Origin: Paraspadella gotoi
Taxonomy: Eukaryota > Animalia > Chaetognatha
DNA: 64,000 nt
Assembly (NCBI GenBank): GCA_051294375.1
Contig: CM119266.1
Coordinates: forward strand, 8,580,606-8,644,605
Direction of reading: 5' to 3'
Part shown: positions 21,165 to 32,314 of the stretch, one piece after another
How the letters are laid out: each line of letters begins with the position of its first letter
Position numbering within the stretch: the stretch's first letter is position 1
The notes under the pieces: generated by a model
Told to the model about the DNA's origin: nothing
Seen by the model: the letters and a program-made list of their open reading frames with translations, nothing else
Databases searched by the model: none
Position numbers and translations under genes: made by a program

Positions 21165-23731
21165 CTACGCCTTGAAGGTTAGAAGTTTATCGATCAATTC
21201 TGGAAAATAAATTAATTAATAATTAACTTTAAAGAAAAGAGAAATGTAATCAAATAAATCCTCGACAATACTCGATATCCAATACCCTATTGACTTAAAC
21301 CTGAAAATTTTTAACATATCCCGTTTAAGCCTTTCCAATTTCTATTCCAAATATTTCTAGATCTGAGCCCTCATAATACACCCTCATAATACACGACTTC
21401 GGCATCAAGCCCTTCCCAAAATTCAGACCTTCAACCGTTCTAAATCCGAACCCAATGCTAAATCCCGACCCGCTTCATCCCAAATCCTCACCCATATATT
21501 TGATGAGACCGTCTTCGTCTTCCTGAATCTCCAATAGATCGATCAATTGATCCGCCTGTTTAGTTTCCATCTTCTCCGCTGAAAAAAAAAACAACAAAAG
21601 AACAATGAATCGATTAACTCAAAATCGTCAATCTCATCATCATCTCATCTAAATAATAATAATTAATTATAATAATACTAATAGTAATAATAATAATAAT
21701 AAAATTAACAGGAAAAGCGCCAGACCCAGAGAGCAAAGGACTTGTTTGACTTCAGTGCACGAAATGAGCCCAGATCCGTTTTTGTCAAAAACCTGGAGAT
21801 GAAAATTGAGAGAGTTAAGATTTTATTTTTAAAAAATAATTCATTCGCAAATCTATTGGCCATTTTTTAGATTAGATTAAGATTCTACTAGTATTTATCA
21901 TTGGACCAACATTAATTATTTTATTACCGTTACATTGCGCGTTTGATGGAAGCTTATATATTTGATAAATAATTAAAATTTTAACAAAATCATTTAGACA
22001 ACTTTCATACTTACTCATTAAGACTAAAACATTATCAAAACTATTATCATTATTCACTGCTCGAAATTCCTATCCCTAAACAGATTTCAATCTCACTCCA
22101 GCCCCCCTCATCCCCAGACCTCATCGCTAACCCCCTCCATTTCAGAACCTCCTCCCGCCCAACCTCAGCCCTCGATGTAGTCCTCCTTTACAACCGGAGA
22201 GAACAATGTCTTTTTTTCGCTTTTTCCAAAATCGGTTGAAATTCGGAGAAGGAGATTCGCTTTTTGCCTAAAGTCGGAAGGCGATGGGAGAAAAAAAAAG
22301 GAAGGAGAGAAATATAAAGAAAGTACAAATTATAAAATACTTTTATTCATATTTTTTATTAGCCGTTAGGACTGTGGATGGAACACTACGCCTGGGATGG
22401 TGTGTTCCCCCTCTGAGCCAATGGAATTGGCTGAAGGATGATGGATGTGAGGCGGTGTGAATATACCGCCACAACATTTTGTTTTATTTTCACATTATTT
22501 GAAATTTCAAATAATTTGTATTTCAGTTTAATCTGTGCTTCAGTTTCTTTATTCCAGTTTATTTAATCATATTTCATTAATCTTCCGAGCGAGACGAAAT
22601 TATTACGGAAACGAGATAAAATCTTATTTCATCACTAGTAAAAATTGATTTATGTAATGGTTAATGAACATCGAAACATAGTTGTAACTTTGTACTGTTC
22701 TTTATTCGTAAACTACGTTCCTCATAGCTAATCACAACTCCCTTGCACGGCGCACACCGCACAATCTCACTCCCAATTTTTCCAATTCCATAGCTAATCA
22801 CATCTTCCTTGCACAGCGCCCCTCCCCCTCTCCTCTTATCCACTCGACGTTCGATAATTGACGACGCTAGCGTTGGAGGATGGTGCAGCCAAGGCCGCTC
22901 AGAGATTGTCCGCCAAAAAAGGCGTCGACGTCCGTTGCCTTCGTAGGCTTCGGTGAAGATGATGAACGCGTCCTTTAGCCTCGAGGAATTAATAATGTTT
23001 GTTAAATTAATTGATTATCGTTCGGGTTTAATTTTAAGCGCGGCAGATAAACAGAGACAATGGACACTTGTCAACGACATTTCATCTGCGATGCCTTCAC
23101 GGAGTGAAACCTTGNNNNNNNNNNNNNNNNNNNNNNNNNNNNNNNNNNNNNNNNNNNNNNNNNNNNNNNNNNNNNNNNNNNNNNNNNNNNNNNNNNNNNN
23201 NNNNNNNNNNNNNNNNNNNNNNNNNNNNNNNNNNNNNNNNNNNNNNNNNNNNNNNNNNNNNNNNNNNNNNNNNNNNNNNNNNNNNNNNNNNNNNNNNNNN
23301 NNNNNNNNNNNNNNNNNNNNNNNNNNNNNCAAGCAATTAAATCCGAAAACATAAAAGATAAACAAGCGATGCATTTTTTCTCAGAATGTTTCCAGCATTA
23401 TTGAATCTCGCTGGAAAGGTTTAAGGTTCGATCCCGATGACCGACATGATCGAGGGAAACAAATCAAAATGGCACTTTTAAAAAGAAACAAACTTACCTG
23501 TTCCCTTTTGAGATGAAGATACCATGGGTGGAGATAACGATGAGCAGGGAAAAAGTTAAATTAGAAATAGAATAAGAAAAGGAGGAAGAGAAAGACGAAA
23601 ACGATAAAAAATGAAAGATCATTCCATTCATTCTAATCATTCAATTCACTTCATTCCCTTGATGAACATTTTTCACTTTCACATTACATTCATTGAATTC
23701 ACTTTCATCACTGGGTCAACTCACCATCTTC
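21165..23731 (-). CDS. Myosin essential light chain, copy B (5' exons carry indels: sequencing error or pseudogene)
   Basis: Clean 3' exons (VFDKNGSGLISCTEVKQVLCSL / AEKMETKQADQLIDLLEIQEDEDGLIKYM / ELIDKLLTFKA*). Exons at ~22165-22268 and ~22845-22980 align to copy A only with single-base indels. ATG|gtgagt at ~23729-23731; TATAAAAG at ~23798-23805. Confidence 0.75.
22368..22473. repeat. Truncated copy of the GC-rich repeat at 34524-34768
   Basis: aggactgtggatggaacac..ccccctctgagccaatg..ggatgtgaggcggtgtgaatatac..gccaca is shared between the two copies. Confidence 0.85.
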
Positions 23732-23954
23732 GACGATCGAGAGAAAAGCGGAAACTTAAAGACAAAAATCGAGTGAATTTCGATTCACAATCAAAGACTT
23801 TTATACTCGAATCTATACCAGTGGCAGCGATCGCGAGTGTGAATTTTTAAATAAATAAATGATTTTCGAAAAAAAATTTTTTTTTAAATCAGAAACTAAT
23901 TAGGGAAACCCAAAAAAAATTTATGAATATAATCTAGAAATGTTATAACTTAAT

Positions 23955-24030
23955 ATTTGCGCTGATGAAAGCTAACATATTAGCCAAAACATATACGATT
24001 TTCTCCTTGAAAATAAAAACAAATTCGTTG
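23955..24030 (+). mobile_element. Degenerate Penelope-type hammerhead-bearing repeat
   Basis: CTGATGA-aa-GCTAA-cata-TTAGC-c-aAAAC followed by ttgaaaataaaaa..tcgttg, as in the 48.1-kb copy. Confidence 0.45.
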
Positions 24031-25293
24031 TCTGATAACAAAATAAACAATTTCGCTTAATTCTAATTTCAAACGCAAAGTAATGAAAAGCTCGAAATAA
24101 CAATGAATATATACTAACAAATATTTATTTTTATCAATAGTATCAAAATAATGTCTAATGATTTGTTCAAGTCCTTAACAGTGAAACGCTAAACAATCGA
24201 AAGAGGAAAATCTGCGAAAATCTTTTTCGAGAATCGAAAGGCGAAATCGATGCTTCTTTTATGGTGTTTATGGTGTTGGATCTCTTGTTGTTCCAGGGGG
24301 CAGAAATATGAGGAATAGGATGGGGGGATGAAGGGAAGGCGGACAGAGGGAGAAGGGGGGAGGAAGGATGGGTTGAGATGAAAGAAACGGATTCAAGAAG
24401 AGGAAGGACAAGGAGAAGGAATAAAGGGAGGGGGGGAGAAGAAAGAGGAAGAAGGGATGCAAAAGTAGAGAAAAAGGAAGAGACTGAAAATGAGAGGAAG
24501 AATGAGCAGAAAATCGAAAAGAGAAGAGAAAGAGAACGGGGGGTAAAGGGAAGGGAGAAGATAAAAGAAAAGAACAACGGGACCGAAAAAAGACGAGCAA
24601 AAATTAAGAAAACAAAAAAAAAGGAAGAAAAACACTGAAAAACTCACAACAAAAACGCCGCCGCGCAAAAAATCACCAACAGATGTCTCGATCGTCGGTC
24701 GAATTCTCACTATGAAAAAGTCATGTCTATGTGCCCTTGTCAATCTGACTTAGTGACTCAACCGTTTCTAATGGCGGTCTTGACTATTCTTGGTTTGTTG
24801 TCTTTTTGTCCTTACTTATTTTTCTTTTTCGCCTTGAATCACTTTTGGAATTTTTGCTAGGATGTAGATACTAATCCTTAAATAATTTAATTCATTTTTA
24901 ATTTGTAGCGATTAAAACGACATTCAACTAATATTTTTTGTCAATTATTTTTTTAAAACGTAATTAACATTTCAAAAACAAATACTTTAGCAATGCAATG
25001 AAATCGGCAATTTGATTGATTTATCTTTCGTATTTCAAGTAAAAACCTCAGCTTCATTCTAGAACAACAGTGCCTAAATCATTTAATCAATAAATGTGAA
25101 CCGAAATAATTATCATTCGAGTTTCTGTCACATATCAATTTATAAATATATAATTTTCACAGAAAATATAAATAGTAACTCGTGAACTATTGGAGAACGA
25201 TTCCTCATGTTATGTTTCTCCAATATACTTCTTTCTGCTATCCCTTTTGATCAGCAAGACGGATTCGCTTGCTTCTCGACCAAGCAAGAATCT

Positions 25294-27350
25294 TCACCCG
25301 TCGCAAGCGGCAAGCAGCTTGTCGATGAACTCCATGTAGTCGATCTGCCCCTCGTCGTCTTCCACGATTCCAAGAAGTTCCATCAGCTTCGCCGCCTCCT
25401 GAGCTTCGAGTTTCTCACCTGAGCGTAGAAAATGCGATCGGAGAGGAGAGGGAAAATGCGATCGGAGAGGAAAGGGAAAATGCGATCGGAGAGGAAAGGG
25501 AAAATGCGATGAGAGAGGAAAGGGAAAATGCGATCGGAGAGGAAATGGAAAATGCGATCGGAGAGGAAAGGGAAAATGCGATCGGAGAGGAAAAGGAAAA
25601 TGCGATCGGAGAGGAAAGGGAAAATGCGATCGGAGAGGAAAGGGAAAATGCGATCATAGAGGGGAATGAAGGAAAGTGCGAACTAAAAGGAGAAAGGAGA
25701 AACAGAGAACAGAGAAAGAAGTAAGATTCGATCAGAGAGTGAGCTGCGATCAGAGAAGGGAATGAAAATGTTGCAAACAAAAAAGAGAAAAAATGAGTTG
25801 CGATCAGAGAAAATATTAAAAATCATGCGGTCGGAGAAGAGGGAGTGATGCGCTCAGAGAGGAAAATGAAGGAAGGTGCAAACAGAAAGGTAGAATGAGA
25901 AATTGCAATCAGAGAAAGAATGAAAAAAGATACGATCAGAGAATAGAGGATTTAAAAAGGAGCGTTCAGAGGTGATGAACTGGGAAAAAAGCCTCAGCGA
26001 GAAGTAAGTGCCCGACCCAGAATCGCCCTACCCAAAATGGCCTTACCCAAAGAGCAGAGGACGCTCTGCAACTCGGAGGAAGAAATCATCCCAGTTCCGT
26101 TTTTGTCGAAAACTTTAAGACCTAAAAATTAAAAATAAATATACATATTAAAAATAAAAAGCTAATAATAAAATAATAATTAAAAATAATAACAAAAATA
26201 AGTTTCAATGTGACAATCAATGCATTGACAGAAAAAAACAGTCAAATCGAATGCTTTCTGAGAGATGTTTTCATACCCTATAATTTTTTTTCTCCTAGCC
26301 ATTGTATCGATCGCATTGTTGTTCGGATCTATTGCATCTATTGCATCGATTGCTTGCTGGAGCTTACCCGGTTTGCTTACCTTCAATGTAATCCTCTCTC
26401 ACTCCAGTGTCTTTTTTATCAGCCTTGACTTGTTCGAAAATCGGAAGGAAATCTTCGTATTTGATTCTTCGTTCGCCTCGAATGGGAAATGATTAAATAA
26501 ATTGTTAGTAAATATAATTTATATTATATTATATTATAAACAAATAAAATATTAAATATCAACAAATTTGACATGAATTGACTTCTTAAATGACTGATTG
26601 ATTGATTGATCAACCAAACAAGTTCTTGTGCCATCCAGTACGATAAGACCCTGGCTTCGATGCCAGTTCAGTCCCAAAAAATGTTCAATTACTCGAAAAA
26701 CGGATTTACTGATTGATTGATCTACCAACCCAATTCCTCGGCGATCCCGACCGTTGGTTCAGTTACAGTCCAAAGATTAATTGTTTGCTCGAACGAATGA
26801 TAGAAAGATTGTTTTATTGTTCTACCCACCGAGCTCCTCGGCCATCCCGACCGATTTGACGGTGGCGTTGGTGCAGTTGCATCCCAACGACCTCAAGACG
26901 TCGCCCAAATAAAAGGCATCGATGTCGTGGCCTTCGTAGGCCTCGTCGAAGATGATGAAGGCGTCCTTGGTGGCTGGAAAGGTGTGATTGGTTAAAGGGG
27001 GATTGATTGGTGATGAATCACGAATGAGCGATTTTAAGTTATTCATCAAATCGTTAGAGATGGAACTGTTGTTTTGTTTACTTTCGTGTCGTTAACTCAA
27101 GAAAAAAAAAGGGAAAAAAATATTAAGAAAAATCACAAAAAGGAAAATTCTCACCAGCTTTTTCTGCGTCCGTGAGAACCTGAAAATGCGACAAAAATGA
27201 CGATATTTAAATAGTTAAAAACGATTTTTTCCCCTTCATTTAAAATAAGACGAAAGATTAAAGAAAAGACGAAAGAAGAAACGTGCTATTATGGTAAAAA
27301 TATAATTAAAAGTAATAAGTAAAAGGGTGAGGAAAATCCAAACTCACCAT
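25294..27350 (-). CDS. Myosin essential light chain, copy C
   Basis: ATG|intron, VLTDAEKA, ATKDAFIIFDEAYEGHDIDAFYLGDVLRSLG.., GERRIKYEDFLPIFEQVK..DYIE, GLKVFDKNGTGMISSSELQSVLCSL, GEKLEAQEAAKLMELLGIVEDDEGQIDYMEFIDKLLAACDG*. All phases compatible. Confidence 0.92.
25428..25960. repeat. 24-bp minisatellite (gagaggaaagggaaaatgcgatcg), decaying, in an MLC-C intron
   Basis: ~10 clean units followed by degenerate ones. Confidence 0.9.
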
Positions 27351-27410
27351 GATTTCGACTTGAAAAAATTCGAACCGAGAGTGAGAGAGGAGGCTGTCGC
27401 CGCTGCCTTT

Positions 27411-27418
27411 CTTTTATA
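27411..27418 (-). promoter_or_regulatory. TATA box of MLC-C
   Basis: TATAAAAG ~60 nt upstream of the ATG. Equivalent motifs upstream of copy B (~23800) and copy A (~19650). Confidence 0.55.
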
Positions 27419-29061
27419 TCTACCTCTCTTCCCCCCCCCTCTCTTCTTTCTCTTTACCTATCTCTCTCTTCGTTAAAATGTTTTCTAAACAAAAAATCTC
27501 TCAACGAAAATTTGTTTTCGAATTTTAAGAAGAAACGTTCGCCAAACGAGGAAGGGAGGGGAAAGGAAAGGGAGATGGCAAGGGGTATAGGGAAAGAGGT
27601 GGAGAAAAGAATAATTGAAATGGACTCATGTTATTATACAGTTCTTTTTAAACATTTTTTGAATCGCCGGTGTAGATGTGGCCACAAAAAAAGAATAGGA
27701 AAAGTTAAAAAGGTCAGAAAGGACGAAAATGATGTGAGACGCGTCAAAGAACAAGTCAGAAAAAGATGCCCAATAAACAAAAGGCAAAAATCATAAAAAA
27801 GAGAAAGACTGAATTGTTTTATTATACATACAACATAGTGATTACATTATTATAATGCAATCATAATACTTCGCCGGCGAATATTTAACTGACCTTCGGA
27901 TATAACAAGATAAGGAAAATATGAGTTAAGAGAAAAAATTAGTTTTCAGCCACAGTTGGAAACGACGCGAGTGCAAAATCATGAAAATGAAAATATTTCC
28001 GTCACTTTTTTTAGTATTTTTACTTGTTTTTCAGACACAAACTAAAAGTAAACACAAATTTGAGTGTATCACAAACGCTGAACAGAACAAGCAGCTTTAC
28101 AGTCGTGACAGTTCGCCCATTAGTCTAATTGGACTTTCGGGCCACATCAATAAAAATTATTAATGTATAAATCTTTAAGAGACTTAAGAATTATCCACAC
28201 TTTTCTTGTCTTTATACGTTATAATTTATACTCATCTCTTTCAATTCCTTTTTTTTCTCCTATGATTTTGTAAAATCCTTCTCTCCCAACCGTCTGCGAA
28301 CCGACAACGCTCACATTTAATATCTCTCTTGGACTTTCCCTACTCACGCTCTTTCTTTTCGTTCGCGGGAGAAGAAAACTTTCTCATTAGATCGAATATA
28401 CGATTTCTTTTTATTTTTACAAGATTTTCTTTCTTTCTTTTCTTTCTTTTCATCTTCTTTCTTTCTCGGTTACGCTGCAGATTCGAATACGCTTCTCGTT
28501 TTAGGCGGCAAAAAAAAAGGATCGAGTTGGATGTTGATTCTAAATTTCTTACACCGACGGTTCGAACCTCGAAGATTCGGTGTAGGCAAAGGAACGGGGA
28601 TGAGGGAAAGAATGAGATAAAAGTGCAAAAAAAAGGGTAAAAGTTAAAGATAGAATTATAGGGAGAAAAGAGAGAAAAATCAAAGAACAAGCAAATGAGG
28701 AAGAAGGGATCTACCAGGTGATGTAAATTGTAAAGCATCTCGCATTAACGCAAAATTCTCACGAGGGATGGTTTATCGACTTTAGTTTATTGCTGCCGGA
28801 ATCGTTGACGTTAGCTTCTGTCGGCGGCTTTCGATGGCCGGGCTGGAATCTGATCTGGGTAAAGAATGTTTGCTCTTCATGCCAGCGTAGACGATCAATT
28901 ATTTTCAACGGAATTTTGGTCAATCGGTCATTTTCCTCCCATCCTCACTCGGTCATTTTCTTCTTCCTCCTTCAATCAAACCTGACCTGGCTCAATTTTA
29001 CTTTCGCCGACCGCGGTTACGGCGGCTTTATAATGTTTTATAGTTAATTACTTTGTAAAAG

Positions 29062-29291
29062 GTATGGTGGACTAAAATCCACCAACCGTTCATCAGCGGC
29101 CATTGGTACCGGAGGCAAGTCATTCGCCTCCCAACCAAAAGGTCCGGGGTTGTAGCTCGGTGATCGCCTAGCAGTTGAGAGGGACGGGGCGCTTAACCCG
29201 CCTCCAACATGGTGTTGCAGCCTGATCCGAATCTCAGGGACTGCTTATATTGAACGGTTCTGTCACTTACACAACAATCATTACTGTCTCT
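29062..29291 (+). mobile_element. tRNA-headed SINE-like repeat, copy 2
   Basis: High identity to the reverse complement of 1284-1515; tRNA-like block at ~29096-29168. Confidence 0.75.
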
Positions 29292-29830
29292 ACAAAGGGT
29301 TCATTGGAAACTTGTAAAATTTAAATTTCCTCACAGGTAAACGGTCGTTTGAATCTTTAGGAAAAACTAAATTCTTACTTCGATAAAAGCCCGCGAAAAC
29401 TGGGCCAAACGCTAAAATCAACCAAGGTTAAGTGAAACCCTGTTCAATTCCTGATCAACTCGGTTTTTCAGATACTGAATGGTCTTTCTCGATTTGCGCA
29501 ATGAGCATTTGAGCAATCCAAGTAGTTGAACATTTTGCAGCTCATGAAGTGGGAATTGTTATTACAAGTTGATACAAAAATTACTCTTATCGGGAATGAT
29601 TTAAAATAACTAGGAGCAATGGTTTTGATTCATGATGATGTTCTTACTATAATCGTAACTCAAGATATGTATATTGTATAGTATAAGAAAACGAGTTTTC
29701 ATAACAAATGTATTCAAAACGTAAATAATAAACAGCTCTTGAAGAAAACAAAAAGGAGATGGAGGAGGCTGTGCTGTCTTCGGGGGAGAGAGAGGGGGGG
29801 AAGTAAACGGAGAGAAAGAGGAGAGAGTCA

Positions 29831-32006
29831 CTACATTTTTTTCTTCTTAAAACTTCGATTCACGCTGACGACTTTGTCGAATATTTCAACGTTGAAGAAT
29901 TTCCCTCGTTTGTTGTCCAAGGAAAAGCCGAGCGAGTGACCTGATAGAAAATGAGAAAAGTTTTAAAACAAAGAACAAGACATTTTACTGAATTTTGGTA
30001 TGTATTGAAATAAAAAAAAACCTCGTGCTTGGAGAGGGATGGAGCTGTAGTCGGATTTACGAGCAACCGACGAAGTCACGTCGTCGATTAAGAACTGAAA
30101 ACGAACATTTTAAATCAAGACTTTCTAATGATGTAAATAGTATATTATGGACGACACAAGTTTCAGATCAAGAAAGATTTATTCTTCAACAAGGTTATAA
30201 ACAATAACAGTCAAAATGCTCAGATGCTAAGTCTATTACAATGGTATTTACAAAGGTCAACGATTTGACCACATATAAACTGGGGGAACCGAGCGGGGTC
30301 AGGTTGTTAAGGTCAAGTGGTTTGACCGAGGTTGCGTGTTCTATATGTTCGTCCACACATCCCCCCACCAAGCCTTTGACCGGGTGGGGAGAAGGCTTGA
30401 GAAGAGTTATTGAGTTACGTCGTCGTTTTCATCGTCATCTTCCGGCGGTTGAAGCATCGTCGGAAGGACGTTAATTAGACCGGGGATGGATGATGATTGT
30501 CGACGAGCAACTTGGGGCGTCGTGGAAAACGCGAGAGGCGCCGCTTCTGTTTCCGGAGGCGGTGCGACTTGATCATTGACGACGGTTGGAGCCGCTACTG
30601 AAGTGCGACGCGGGCGACCTCGTGGGCGTGCCAGCGGTGGTTCAGGCGGAGCGGCTTCGTCGGTGACGGCAGGTTTCAGTCGGTCGACGGAGATCACTTC
30701 GACGCCGCGGCCCGGTACCTCGATTTTGAAAGTTTTTGGGCCACGTTCGAGGACGTTGTAAGGGCCGTCGTAAGGCGGCTGGAGCGGCGTCGAGTGTCCG
30801 TCGCGTCGGACGTAGACGCGATTGGCGTCAGCGAGCGTTTCCGGAACATGAGAAGGCGGCGCCGAGTGCCATGCGGCGGGCAGAGGCTGCATGAGGGCGA
30901 CGTCTGCTCGGAGGTCGTCGAGGATTCGTGATCGAGCGGCGGCGTCGACGTCGGTTGTAGGGACCGGAAGTAGCTNNNNNNNNNNGTTCGTCCACAATAT
31001 AGTATTTTTTTAAAGAATCTCTCCGCTCTCACTTTGTAACTTCGCGAAAAACCCATAGGACCGAAAGTCGTGATGGAAACCACGTTGTCTTTCATTAAGG
31101 ACAATCTGTAGAAAAAGAGGGAAAAGAATTACGTCAAGGATATAAAAAAAAAGGACAAATGAAACGAAAGAAAAGACAATGAAGAAACAAAGAAACAAAA
31201 CGGTTAAATGTACCCGACCTTTGAACGCATTTGACGGGGACGACGACGCCGACCAGGAAACACGCGACACCGAAAACGCAGACGAACCCGCAAACGACGA
31301 CGCGAATAACGTCGCCCGACGCCGCGCGGAAAAGGCGCGCCTGGTACCGGCGCCACCACGTGGACTCGTCCGGCGTCACCTTGGATTTGGCGGCGTCGAA
31401 GCGCGCCGCCATCTCTCGGGAACCTTGAGGAGAGAAAGGAAAGGGCGGAGAGGTTGAAGTCGAGGATTGCGAGAGAAGAATTAAGAGAAAATCAAAACGA
31501 AGATTAAAAAAAAAACGTTAAAAAACATTATGAACAGAAGTCTGCAATGAAATAATTCAGCTTGTTGACAATTGGATCACCTCACCTCCTTTTCTTCTTG
31601 CACCTTTAGGCAAAAAAAATGAGGGCAAAACCTTTCTACTCGATTCTCTAATTGGTAAGTTTAAGGGCAAATTTATTTCCGTATTTAAAGTATAAAAACT
31701 CTCGAAAGACACAAATTTCCCCCGATTCATCTTTTCGCCTCCATCGCACACCCCCACCTCCTATTTAACCTTACCTTTATAAAAGGTGAGGCCCTGAAAA
31801 ATGCTGGCGGCGCCGATCAAAGTCCCGGCGAAACTGACCAAATTGTAGAAAGCTTTGCGATCGTCTCTGAAGAGAAGCACATCCTGCGCCGTTCGACCCG
31901 AGAACTGGCGCCCAATTTTGGGCAGCGTGGGGGCTGCAGCTCCGCGGAGCAGGGCTGCAGCTCCGCGGAGCAGGGCGGCGCCACTTGAGATCGAACCAAG
32001 TCTCAT
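29831..32006 (-). CDS. TMEM223: Transmembrane protein 223 (mitochondrial)
   Basis: Five exons: N-terminal Arg/Ala-rich presequence, DVLLF, two hydrophobic segments, RLSLMKDNVVSITTFGPMG, SIPLQARGHSLGFSLDNKRGKFFNVEIFDKVV. The C-terminus resembles TMEM223 (KG..F.LDK.G.F.N..LFD.V). Confidence 0.8.
30146..30996 (-). mobile_element. Ty3/Gypsy LTR retrotransposon; internal region collapsed at an N gap
   Basis: Integrase C-terminal GPY/F motif (VYVRRDGHSTPLQPPYDGPYNVLERGPKTFKI..VSVDRLKPA-like). Polypurine tract at ~30358-30372; 3' LTR at 30146-30357; 5' LTR start TGTGGACGAAC at 30996; 4-bp TSD ATAT (30142-30145 and 30997-31000). Confidence 0.92.
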
Positions 32007-32314
32007 TTTATTGTTTTTTTGTTATCCTTACATGTTTCTTGGTTTCTTTTTTTTCAAACTGTAAAATAACGACTGGATCAAGTCTATACGAGTCTGCTCG
32101 AGTCGGGACCTGCCCCGATTCTATCCTAATCTGTCCATTAGCTAAAAAGAATGTAACTCCCTTCCTTTCAAATAAACAGAAAACTGACAAGAAGAATGAA
32201 GAATGGAAGATAGAATGACTCTATAAGTCTATACTAAAACGGAGGTATAAATGAAACATAAAAATAACAGAATGAATGACAAATCTAAAAAATAAACTAG
32301 AGTTCGGTGGAAAA

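Noticed and set aside
22953-23374. ORFs spanning the N-run
   Set aside because: Artefacts of the assembly gap.
27981-28163. 60-aa ORF with a signal-peptide-like start
   Set aside because: Hydrophobicity is explained by T-rich sequence; no homology or splice support.
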